In this document: positions 18,969-27,548 of the stretch, one piece after another | How positions within the stretch are numbered: position 1 is the stretch's first letter | How the letters are laid out: every line of letters starts with the position of its first letter | Assembly: GCA_028684095.1 (NCBI GenBank) | Contig: JAQUGQ010000007.1 | Coordinates: 13,489-77,488 of the forward strand | Direction of reading: 5' to 3' | Source of the DNA: Clostridia bacterium | GTDB taxonomy: Bacteria; Bacillota; Clostridia; TANB77; CAG-465 | Length of the DNA: 64,000 nt | The notes under the pieces: generated by a model | What the model saw: only the letters and a program-made list of their open reading frames with translations | What the model was told of the DNA's origin: nothing | The model's database searches: none | Translations under genes and position numbers: made by a program

Positions 18969-19424
18969 TTATTTTATATTAATATTTTCAAATTCAATAC
19001 TTTTTTTAGAACTAAATTTAGTATTTAGAGCTATTATGGAATTATAAGGTATCATTAAATCTCTTACTCTGTCAATAAATTTTTTTATATTAAATGGTTT
19101 TATAAAATAATACATTGCTCCTAATGATATTGCATTTTGAATTATTTTAACGTGTGATATTGAAGACATTATAAACACCAACGGCATCTTAAATTCAAGC
19201 TCTTTAGATATTTCCTTTAATATCGTTAGCCCACTTTTTTCGGGCATTACTACATCTAATAATAATACATCTGGATTAGTTTTTTTTATCAGATTTATTG
19301 CATTTGTACCATCATATGCATAAGTAACAACCTCCATATCTTTTTGAGTATTTATATAATTTTTAAGAAGTATTACAAACTCCCTATTATCATCTAATAT
19401 CATGATCTTTTTCTTTTGATTCAT
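18969..19424 (-). CDS. receiver-domain-only paralogue of Spo0A (no DNA-binding domain)
   Basis: Start moved to ATG 19424 (SD GGAGG). 151 aa, with 88/128 identical residues to the Spo0A receiver in a hand-made gap-free alignment. DD, LLLDVVMPEKSG, MSS and KPF are retained. Confidence 0.85.
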   Translation of the reverse strand: MNQKKKIMILDDNREFVILLKNYINTQKDMEVVTYAYDGTNAINLIKKTNPDVLLLDVVMPEKSGLTILKEISKELEFKMPLVFIMSSISHVKIIQNAISLGAMYYFIKPFNIKKFIDRVRDLMIPYNSIIALNTKFSSKKSIEFENINIK

Positions 19425-19532
19425 ACTTACCTCCACACCTTATCTCTTAAATATTGCAACTCCTTATAATAAAATTGAAAAATTGCTTCTTTGCAAAGTT
19501 CATAAAATAGTTTTTTTAAATAAGTAATAACT

Positions 19533-20390
19533 CTACATTCCAGGCATACCTTCTCTATATTGTCCTCTTGTTTGCACTCCACCTATACCATCAATGCCTT
19601 CCCTTGTATTGGAAATTATGCTTGCAAGAGGAATAAATTTATCTACTGGTGTATATGCAATTGATTCAGCAACTATAAGCGGATCAAGCATATCTATAAG
19701 AACTCTTTTTGGAGCTGAAGCAAAATTTGCACCTGCAGATATTATTGCTTCATAATAGCTTTGACATGCACCTGCAAATATTACTAAATTATCTAAATTG
19801 TGCTCATATCTTCTGGCTTCTAGAACACCTTGTATAAAATATTTAGAATTTTTATAATTATTAATATTATACATATCATTTCTTTTTCTTAAGAAGGAAT
19901 CATGACCGGTAAGAATTAAAATATTGGGTCTTATTTTTTGAAGTAATGAATATACTTGTTTATATTGTTCTTCTTCACTAATATTGTATACATATGCAGT
20001 AAGACCCATCCTTTTATAATTTTCTCTACACTTTTCTGTATATTCAGCATCTCCATCTATATGTAATATTACACCTGGTTTTTTAAATATTTTTTCTTTT
20101 ACATATATATTTGGATTATCAACTATTGTATCCCTTATATTAAATTTTTTATTAATATTATAATAACATCTATCCATTCTTTTTCTTCTTGAGTCATCTA
20201 TTTTCTTCATTCTGTCTTTAGCTTCTGTTTCTGTTATATGTACCAAATCTGACATAGGTGAATCTGCAACAATTCTAACTGTAAGACCAGCTAAATCAAC
20301 AATATTTTTGTTTATACCTATTATTTTAAATAATATATCTAAATTATATGATTTTCTTGCAACTACATCACCTATTTTAAATGTATCCAT
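19533..20390 (-). CDS. yabG: sporulation-specific protease YabG
   Basis: 285 aa. Motifs FKIGDVVARKSYNLDILFKIIGI, HIDGDAEY, LILTGHD, VIFAGACQS and GANFASAP are collinear with B. subtilis YabG. Confidence 0.85.
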   Translation of the reverse strand: MDTFKIGDVVARKSYNLDILFKIIGINKNIVDLAGLTVRIVADSPMSDLVHITETEAKDRMKKIDDSRRKRMDRCYYNINKKFNIRDTIVDNPNIYVKEKIFKKPGVILHIDGDAEYTEKCRENYKRMGLTAYVYNISEEEQYKQVYSLLQKIRPNILILTGHDSFLRKRNDMYNINNYKNSKYFIQGVLEARRYEHNLDNLVIFAGACQSYYEAIISAGANFASAPKRVLIDMLDPLIVAESIAYTPVDKFIPLASIISNTREGIDGIGGVQTRGQYREGMPGM

Positions 20391-20446
20391 AAAGTAATCA
20401 CCTCCTAGGATATCTTATGATAAATTAAACTAGAAAGTGATTTTAT

Positions 20447-21157
20447 TTATAAACTTTTACATACATCAAGTTGTGTTAGTGATAATTTGTCTTTTTTATT
20501 ATTTACGAACTCTGTCATGTTGAGAATTATCTTTGATGCTTTCATTATATCACTATTCACTATACTTGTTTTTTGTTTTGATGATATTTCTTTGGCTATA
20601 TTATTTAATGTTGGTAAATCCATTTTATCATATGCTTTATACCATTCAGAACATAGTATTTTGAATTTTTCTTGTTTTAGGTCAACTTTTCTTATATCAT
20701 CATCAATCTTCAAAGAAAAACGTTTACTATTTATAAAATCTTTTGTTTCATTTGTAAATTTTGCTATAACATCTCCTAATATATTTCCCTTTAAATATTT
20801 ATTAGTAAATATATCTATACTAGCTACTAAAGCCTGTCTTAGTCCACCTTTAAAAGCTACTTCTTTAATTTTGTTTATATCCTTTATAACGTTAATAGGT
20901 GTACCAAGTATTTCTAATCCTTCTCTTATACTACTTGTTACTGCAGTTTGAACTATCTTTGTAAAATCCTTCGTTTTAAATGATTTCTTTATATCCAACA
21001 ATATATCTTTAACATTTTCTTGTATAGGCATTGCTTTCAAAATATAATCTGTACCCTTATCTATTACATTTACTACTATTTTATCAAATGCTTGTTTTTC
21101 TTTTGATAAATCTATATCTAAATTTTTGTTTGTTTTTCTTACTATTTCTAATTCCAT
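20447..21157 (-). CDS. hypothetical soluble protein, last gene of the secretion-ATPase operon
   Basis: 236 aa with no TM and no recognised motif. 2-nt gap to the upstream gene. The antisense ORF 20487-20951 has typical antisense composition. Confidence 0.6.
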   Translation of the reverse strand: MELEIVRKTNKNLDIDLSKEKQAFDKIVVNVIDKGTDYILKAMPIQENVKDILLDIKKSFKTKDFTKIVQTAVTSSIREGLEILGTPINVIKDINKIKEVAFKGGLRQALVASIDIFTNKYLKGNILGDVIAKFTNETKDFINSKRFSLKIDDDIRKVDLKQEKFKILCSEWYKAYDKMDLPTLNNIAKEISSKQKTSIVNSDIMKASKIILNMTEFVNNKKDKLSLTQLDVCKSL

Positions 21158-21159
21158 TT

Positions 21160-22068
21160 TTATTCCTCCATTTTATTTAATTTTATATACATATAGAATA
21201 TAAATATATACGATAATATATTTATATTTAAAACCAAGTTTCCTATAAATGTTTTTATCAATATAGTATAATATTCGTTATTCGTTAGAATAAAACCAAA
21301 TAATATATACATATTTAGTAGTATCAATACTATTAATACTAATTTAGAGGAAAATATATTTTGTTTTTCTTTTTCTTTTTGAAAATTAGTTTTCATTTGT
21401 ATTTTAGAAAATTTATCCAATAAGTTTCCAAAATCCCCACCATATATATAACAAAATTGAAGTAATGTTATAAATTGATTTATTTTTTTAATATTTACAC
21501 TTTTCTTTAAAGTTTCAAATGCATCATATATTTTGATCCCCTTCTGCACTGAAATATTAAACTTATTTATATATGTCTTTATCGGTTCTTCAACATTTGC
21601 TCTTCGAAATGCTTCTATTATATCATTATTCACATCTGTGTAATTTTTGAGACTTATAATATAATTTGGAAACATTCTTAATATTTTATTTTTTCTATAA
21701 TATGAAAAATACCTAATAATAAAATATGGGAGAAATAACATAAATGTAGAAAAAATTAGTGATGATGAAAATAAATGTAAGAAATTAAATGTAATTATAA
21801 ATGTTATTATAAAAATAACTATAGATAAAATTAAAATTGTTAATATAGAAATAATTTTGATATTACTGATTTTAAAAGATAAATTTGTTTCATCTATTAT
21901 ATATGATATTTTTTTTATAAATGATAGTTCTCTTATTTTATATATCATTTCACTCTTTAAATCAAGCATTATGTTTTTATATTTTTTTTGATTATAGAAA
22001 CTATCACAGATATATTGAATTATATAGTATATCGTAATTATCCCAATAATAGTAATAAGCATTTTCAT
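21160..22068 (-). CDS. polytopic membrane protein, TadB/TadC/GspF-like platform protein
   Basis: 302 aa. One N-terminal TM, TM pair, a ~110-aa cytoplasmic helical domain (FPNYIISLKNY...GGDFGNLLDKFSKIQ), then C-terminal TMs. This is T2SS-F-like topology directly after the CpaF-like ATPase. Confidence 0.55.
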   Translation of the reverse strand: MKMLITIIGIITIYYIIQYICDSFYNQKKYKNIMLDLKSEMIYKIRELSFIKKISYIIDETNLSFKISNIKIISILTILILSIVIFIITFIITFNFLHLFSSSLIFSTFMLFLPYFIIRYFSYYRKNKILRMFPNYIISLKNYTDVNNDIIEAFRRANVEEPIKTYINKFNISVQKGIKIYDAFETLKKSVNIKKINQFITLLQFCYIYGGDFGNLLDKFSKIQMKTNFQKEKEKQNIFSSKLVLIVLILLNMYILFGFILTNNEYYTILIKTFIGNLVLNINILSYIFIFYMYIKLNKMEE

Positions 22069-22073
22069 TGTTG

Positions 22074-23303
22074 TTATACACCTCCTTTACTTTTATAATA
22101 GTATAAATTTTCAAAATATTTACTTTCAATTTTTGTGTATGTTAATATAATTTTAATTATTGTTTTTTGTTTTTGTCTATCATAATAAACTTCTGCTATT
22201 TCATTTACTTTATAATCTTTCATAAATATTATATAATTAATACTACTCGAAAGCATCTGATTTACAAATTCTTCTTTATATGATTGTGCTTTTATATCTC
22301 TTTTTATTAGTGTTGTAAGTCTATCTAATGTATTATACACACCATCAGAATGTACTGTGGTAAGACCCATATGTCCTGTTGCTATACTGTCAAAGAATAC
22401 TAAAGCTTCAGCCCCTTTTAACTCACCTATAATTATTACATCATTAGACATAACTAAGCTATGCTTCATTAACTTATCTAAAGTAATTTTCTTGGATTCC
22501 TCTCTGTTTTCTAAAATTTCTCTTTGAATTACATTTTTACCTTCTATAAATAGTTCCATAGTTTCCTCGTTTGTTGTTATAGCAATATTATCTGAAATTT
22601 TATTTATCAAAGCCCTAAGTAAAGTTGTTTTTCCACTTCCGCCTTTACCACAAATCACAATATTTTTTTGTTTAATTATAAAATTATTTAGTAAAATATA
22701 TATATCAAAATTTATCATTTCATCTATTAAAAATAATCTTTCTAAATTAACATTTGTATCATTTCTATGTATACGAATAACTAAACTAGGTGAAAATACA
22801 TTAACGGGAGGTAATCCAGCTTCAATTCTTAAATTATATTTTTTATCACTTACAATTATCATTGGAACATCAAAGTTAATATTTTTATTATTTTTTAGTA
22901 TACAATATCTAACATAATCGTAAAATTCTGTTTCTGATTCAAATGTAGAGTTTGTTTTTTTCCATTTACCTCTAGATTTAATATATATATCATTATATTT
23001 TACAACTCTAATATCACTTATATCCTTATTATCTATATACATTTGTAATATGTCATAACCAAACATTTTATTAAATATATTATTGATAACTTTTTGTATA
23101 TTTTCTGTATCATTCAAACTATACTTGTTATATAAATATTTTTCTATTACATTTATCAAAACTTCTTTATCCTCATTTTTTAAATTTTCTAAGTAATTAT
23201 CAATTAAATATTTCTGTAAATCTTTAATATTTATATTTTCAAGGTTTTTATTTGTAATATTTTCTTCTTGAGATTTAGTGGTTTTAAATGGATTTATTAT
23301 CAT
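22074..23303 (-). CDS. TadA/CpaF/VirB11-family secretion ATPase
   Basis: 409 aa. Walker A ICGKGGSGKTTLL, Asp box/Walker B VIIIGELKGAEA, His box ATGHMGLTTVHS. Confidence 0.85.
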   Translation of the reverse strand: MIINPFKTTKSQEENITNKNLENINIKDLQKYLIDNYLENLKNEDKEVLINVIEKYLYNKYSLNDTENIQKVINNIFNKMFGYDILQMYIDNKDISDIRVVKYNDIYIKSRGKWKKTNSTFESETEFYDYVRYCILKNNKNINFDVPMIIVSDKKYNLRIEAGLPPVNVFSPSLVIRIHRNDTNVNLERLFLIDEMINFDIYILLNNFIIKQKNIVICGKGGSGKTTLLRALINKISDNIAITTNEETMELFIEGKNVIQREILENREESKKITLDKLMKHSLVMSNDVIIIGELKGAEALVFFDSIATGHMGLTTVHSDGVYNTLDRLTTLIKRDIKAQSYKEEFVNQMLSSSINYIIFMKDYKVNEIAEVYYDRQKQKTIIKIILTYTKIESKYFENLYYYKSKGGV

Positions 23304-24546
23304 ATCTCATTTTCACTTCCTTTGTAATAAACATAGATATAATCTTCTTTTTAATGTTGTTTTTATCACGATTATTTAAATAATTTACACCCAAGCTTTT
23401 AATTATTTCTTTTTCATTTAATTTAGAATTTATATTACTTACTGCTCCATTTATATATCCTTCTATATTAAATTCAAAATCTACTATCGATACAATTTTA
23501 TAACCTTCCAACAAATTTGTAATTTGAGAAATATCTAATGAATTCTTTTGTTTTTTATTTATTATTATGAATATATTATTTCTGGAAATTCCCCAAAGCT
23601 TTGTCATAAGTTCTAAATATTTAATACCTTGTCTTAAACTTATGTAATTAGGATTGATAACAAAAAATATGGTTGAAGAAATGTTTAAAGTATATCTCAC
23701 AACATCTATAAATGGAGATGATGGCAAATCAACTATAACATAATCATATTTGTTAATTGTACTGAAATATATTTTTTTATAATAATCAGTATTCAACTTA
23801 TTTTGACATTCAAAAATACTAGAATTATTAGTCATATACCATAATTTTTTGTTATTTTTATCCTTATACATATATTTATTTACAATATCATTTATATCTC
23901 TTTTATTGTCTATATCTTCTATCATCTGTGATAATATATTTCCTGATCCATTTAGATTATTATATATATCTATGCAAGGATTTTGTATATCCATATCAAG
24001 CATAGCAACTTTTATTTTTAATTTATTACATAGCGATTTTGATAATAATCCTGAAATATATGATTTTCCTGAACCACTTGTCCCATATATAGATATAAAT
24101 TGCTTTGGTACAACCGTGGCCTCAATTTTTTTATCTTCAGTTTTAGCGTTTGGTAAATTATTAATATTATTTTTATATATAACTTTATCATTACTATTAA
24201 TACTTTCTACTATATCAGTTATTTCTATTTCTTTTCCTTCTATAACATTAAATATTTGATTAGCAAATAAAAACTCTTTATATTGTTCGTCCAAATATTC
24301 TGTCAAAAGTATAATTTTAACATTATCATTGGCCAATCGTATCTGCTTTATGTATAATTCTTTTGCTAAATTTCCATTTAAACTATCTTTTGTAATCAAT
24401 ATTATACTCATATTGGTTTCTCTTTGTTTACTTAAATATTCAATAACACCTTCCATATATGATATATCATGTGGATATACTTCATTAATATATATTTCAT
24501 CTATTTTTTGTTTAATATATTCATTATCTATTGCTAAAACTATCAA
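23284..24546 (-). CDS. TadZ/CpaE-like ATPase (receiver-like N-domain + MinD/ParA-type domain)
   Basis: 420 aa. TTG start behind AGGGGGAA. N-terminal ~120 aa is receiver-like. Deviant Walker A SIYGTSGSGKSYISG, plus YDYVIVDLP. Confidence 0.7.
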   Translation of the reverse strand: MIVLAIDNEYIKQKIDEIYINEVYPHDISYMEGVIEYLSKQRETNMSIILITKDSLNGNLAKELYIKQIRLANDNVKIILLTEYLDEQYKEFLFANQIFNVIEGKEIEITDIVESINSNDKVIYKNNINNLPNAKTEDKKIEATVVPKQFISIYGTSGSGKSYISGLLSKSLCNKLKIKVAMLDMDIQNPCIDIYNNLNGSGNILSQMIEDIDNKRDINDIVNKYMYKDKNNKKLWYMTNNSSIFECQNKLNTDYYKKIYFSTINKYDYVIVDLPSSPFIDVVRYTLNISSTIFFVINPNYISLRQGIKYLELMTKLWGISRNNIFIIINKKQKNSLDISQITNLLEGYKIVSIVDFEFNIEGYINGAVSNINSKLNEKEIIKSLGVNYLNNRDKNNIKKKIISMFITKEVKMRYDNKSI

Positions 24547-26291
24547 TTTTCATTCCCCCTTATTAATTTATCTTCATAATCATTTGACTTTACATTTAAA
24601 TTTATTACATTACTTTGAAATAACATAAGCATGCTCCCTTTATTTAATCTTGTAATTTCACTTAACTCATATGTATTTAATATACCAGTTTTAGCTAATA
24701 TTTCCGAATCTGTATATTCCATTTTAAAAAACATTTTAATAAAAGAATTATTAATTATACTTTTACCATAAGTCCCCAAATCTTTACTAAAAAAATCACA
24801 TACATCTTGGGTTATAGTTACTATGCCTGCGTTTAATTTACGTATCGTTTTAAATAGCATAAATATTTGCTGAGCAGAGAATGAATTATCATAAATAAAT
24901 TTCCATACTTCATCAATATATATTATTGCTTTTTCATTTGAATTTGTCATTCTTTTAATAATTTCATCAAGAATAATTTTAAATAATATATTAGTCATCT
25001 TTACATTTAATTTATTTAAGTTAAACACTATTAATTTATTACTTAAATCTATAGTTGTTCTTCTATTTAAAAACATATAGTCTATTAACATCTGTTCAAA
25101 ATTCATAATCAGCTTTTTAAAACCTTTATTATTTATAGTTGTGTTAGATTTTAAATTTTTGTATACATCTTCTAATATTGGCATATATGTTGAATCTTTA
25201 ATAACTTTATTTAGATATATTTTGTTGCTACTTGATACTGTATACATATTAATTACATCATCATTGATTCCCTTATCTAAATATGATTTTTTAATTGCCA
25301 TAATTATATCTGTTTTATAATTCACTTCAATATTTAATATTTTATCCAAAAATTCATATACTATATTTATTTTCTTGTAAAGAAAATTTTTTTCTGTTAT
25401 ATCTATTTCATCTATATCTAATATATTTAAAAATGTATTACATTCATTATTAAAATTAATATATTCTCCACCAACCTCAGAAGCAATATTTATATATTCT
25501 CCTTCTGGATCAAATATATATTGTTTTATATTTATAATATATTGCCTTAATATAAGTAATTTAACAAAATATGATTTACCAGAACCACTACTTCCAAATA
25601 TACAAATATTTGAATTAGTATATTTATTACTAAAAATATCTATATTACATATTTTTTTATTATAACTTGTATATCCAAATATAACACCATTTTTATCAAA
25701 AACTGTATCAGTGTAAAACGGGAAAATATTTACAACATTACTTGTAGTCATATTTGAATAACATGATTTAGTAATACTTTCATCTAAAAAATTTAATGGT
25801 AGAGTTGATAAATATCCTTGCATATGTCTAAAATTAAGTGCAATTGATATTAGCATTTTTGAATATAATATACTCCTAAACTTTTTTGTAGTATATAAAA
25901 TGTCATTTTTATTATTACTTTTAATAGATATATATGTATATGTATTATAAACTTGTTCATTATTAATTTGAATTTCATATCTTAACTTTTTAGCATCTGA
26001 TGTTAACTTATCTAAAATATCTACATCAATTTGATTATTGTTAATTGTATTTCTTTCTGACTTAGAATTCGATATATTATATGTAAGTTCTTTTAAAACT
26101 TTAATAGTGTCTAGTTTTTGTATAAATATACTCATATCAAAATGAATATCTTTAGGTAAACTATTCATTAATTCTAAAAATTTCATTCTTTTTGGATAGT
26201 TTATAATACATATTGTAGCAATATATTTTCCATCAATGTTTATATATTTAAAATTTGTGTTATCTATAAATCCAGGATAAAAATTCAACAT
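24543..26291 (-). CDS. VirB4/TrsE/TraE-type conjugation ATPase, C-terminal (ATPase) part
   Basis: 582 aa. Motifs CIFGSSGSGKSYFVKLL, IFDPEGEY, AIIYIDEVWKF and GIVTITQDV. Confidence 0.8.
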   Translation of the reverse strand: MLNFYPGFIDNTNFKYINIDGKYIATICIINYPKRMKFLELMNSLPKDIHFDMSIFIQKLDTIKVLKELTYNISNSKSERNTINNNQIDVDILDKLTSDAKKLRYEIQINNEQVYNTYTYISIKSNNKNDILYTTKKFRSILYSKMLISIALNFRHMQGYLSTLPLNFLDESITKSCYSNMTTSNVVNIFPFYTDTVFDKNGVIFGYTSYNKKICNIDIFSNKYTNSNICIFGSSGSGKSYFVKLLILRQYIINIKQYIFDPEGEYINIASEVGGEYINFNNECNTFLNILDIDEIDITEKNFLYKKINIVYEFLDKILNIEVNYKTDIIMAIKKSYLDKGINDDVINMYTVSSSNKIYLNKVIKDSTYMPILEDVYKNLKSNTTINNKGFKKLIMNFEQMLIDYMFLNRRTTIDLSNKLIVFNLNKLNVKMTNILFKIILDEIIKRMTNSNEKAIIYIDEVWKFIYDNSFSAQQIFMLFKTIRKLNAGIVTITQDVCDFFSKDLGTYGKSIINNSFIKMFFKMEYTDSEILAKTGILNTYELSEITRLNKGSMLMLFQSNVINLNVKSNDYEDKLIRGNEN

Positions 26292-26839
26292 ATATTGTCA
26301 ACCTTATTTGATTTTGAATATAAGAAATTATCCAATTTTACTTTACCTTCTATTTTTTCTATAAACACACCTATTTTACACAAATTATATATATTTTTAG
26401 ATATTTCTTCTATGCTATTCCCATCAATTACTGTTAAGACAATATAATAATTATTTATGTATATATTATTTTCATTTAAAGATTTTTCAAGTTCACTTTT
26501 ATATTTTTGGACTAACTTGTTTTTATTAATATTTTTATCATCTAAAGTAATATTATCAAAATAACTATTAATATTAACTTCTGTATTTTCAATATATATT
26601 TGAAAATCACAATTCATACTTCTTAAAAATTCAGTATACAAAGTTATTATATTTTTACTTATTGATTCAGTTATATTAAGTATTGTAATAGGTTCAACTT
26701 TATATATATGTATTTGCTTCAAAATACTAAGTCTTCTAATCAATATACAATTATCATTTATGTCTATAACATCATATACTTTAGATATATCATCATATAT
26801 ACTGTTTTTCATAAATTTGTTTTTTATTAAATTAAGCAT
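26285..26839 (-). CDS. protein resembling the N-terminal domain of VirB4-type ATPases (split gene)
   Basis: 184 aa. Its stop overlaps the next start as ATGTTGA (26285-26291). The pattern ILIRRLSILKQIHIYKVEPITILN...EFLRSMNCDFQIYIEN resembles Gram-positive VirB4 N-termini. 184 + 582 = 766 aa, close to full VirB4 length. Confidence 0.55.
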   Translation of the reverse strand: MLNLIKNKFMKNSIYDDISKVYDVIDINDNCILIRRLSILKQIHIYKVEPITILNITESISKNIITLYTEFLRSMNCDFQIYIENTEVNINSYFDNITLDDKNINKNKLVQKYKSELEKSLNENNIYINNYYIVLTVIDGNSIEEISKNIYNLCKIGVFIEKIEGKVKLDNFLYSKSNKVDNIC

Positions 26840-26920
26840 TTTTCACCTCTCATTTTTATCACACTTTTTATTAAAGTGCATATAATTACAATATATAAAC
26901 TTTTAAGGGGGTTGATGTAT

Positions 26921-27097
26921 ATGAGTAACATGAATAACATGTTAAATTCTAAGTTATTAGAACTACTGTCTGGGGTTGATAGAAGTAAAATTGAACAAGT
27001 AGGAAAAATGGTAAGTGGCATGTCAAAAGAAGACTTAAATAATTTAGTTGGAATGCTGAACAAAAATATGAATAATAACTCACAAGATAGAAAATAA
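26921..27097 (+). CDS. small hydrophilic protein (58 aa)
   Basis: Start moved to ATG 26921, 9 nt after GGGGG (26907-26911). MSNMNNMLNSKLLELLSGVDRSKIEQVGKMVSGMSKEDLNNLVGML. Divergent from the ATPase operon. Confidence 0.5.
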   Translation: MSNMNNMLNSKLLELLSGVDRSKIEQVGKMVSGMSKEDLNNLVGMLNKNMNNNSQDRK

Positions 27098-27107
27098 GTG
27101 ATTTGAA

Positions 27108-27548
27108 ATGGAAAACAATGATAATAATTATTTATTTGAATTAATACAAAGCATTCAATCTAAATTAAGTGAAGAAAAACCGTCAAATTCAAAAGAAGAG
27201 AAAATTAACACAGATTACATACAAGAAACTATGTTCAAAAATGAACAAAAAAAAGAAAGTAAAAAAGATAGCAGTAATTTTAATTTGTCTGATGTGCTGA
27301 ATAATTTTAATTTATCTGGTTTACTTGGAAACAATGATTCTGGATTTGATATAAACAATATAATGAAAATTCAGAAGATTTTATCAGCAATGGGAAGAGA
27401 TGATCCTAGAAAAAATTTACTTATTTCTTTAAAACCTTTTCTTAGAAAATCAAGACAAGAAAAAATAAATGAGTATTTAACATACTTAACTATTGGAAAT
27501 GCATTAGGTATATTTGATGATAAAGGGAGTGATACTGATGTTACATAA
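27108..27548 (+). CDS. hypothetical protein (146 aa)
   Basis: Low-complexity N-half. Conserved-looking C-half DDPRKNLLISLKPFLRKSRQEKINEYLTYL. 11-nt overlap with the next ORF. Confidence 0.55.
   Translation: MENNDNNYLFELIQSIQSKLSEEKPSNSKEEKINTDYIQETMFKNEQKKESKKDSSNFNLSDVLNNFNLSGLLGNNDSGFDINNIMKIQKILSAMGRDDPRKNLLISLKPFLRKSRQEKINEYLTYLTIGNALGIFDDKGSDTDVT

Noticed and set aside
20487-20951. 154-aa plus-strand ORF opposite the 236-aa operon gene
   Set aside because: The minus-strand ORF fits the coupled operon (2-nt gap to its neighbour) and has a balanced composition. The plus-strand product is F/L/S/I-rich shadow sequence.
26827-27063. 78-aa minus-strand ORF spanning the divergent promoter region
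   Set aside because: It overlaps both the start of the 184-aa gene and the plus-strand 58-aa gene. It has no SD and is likely a chance ORF.
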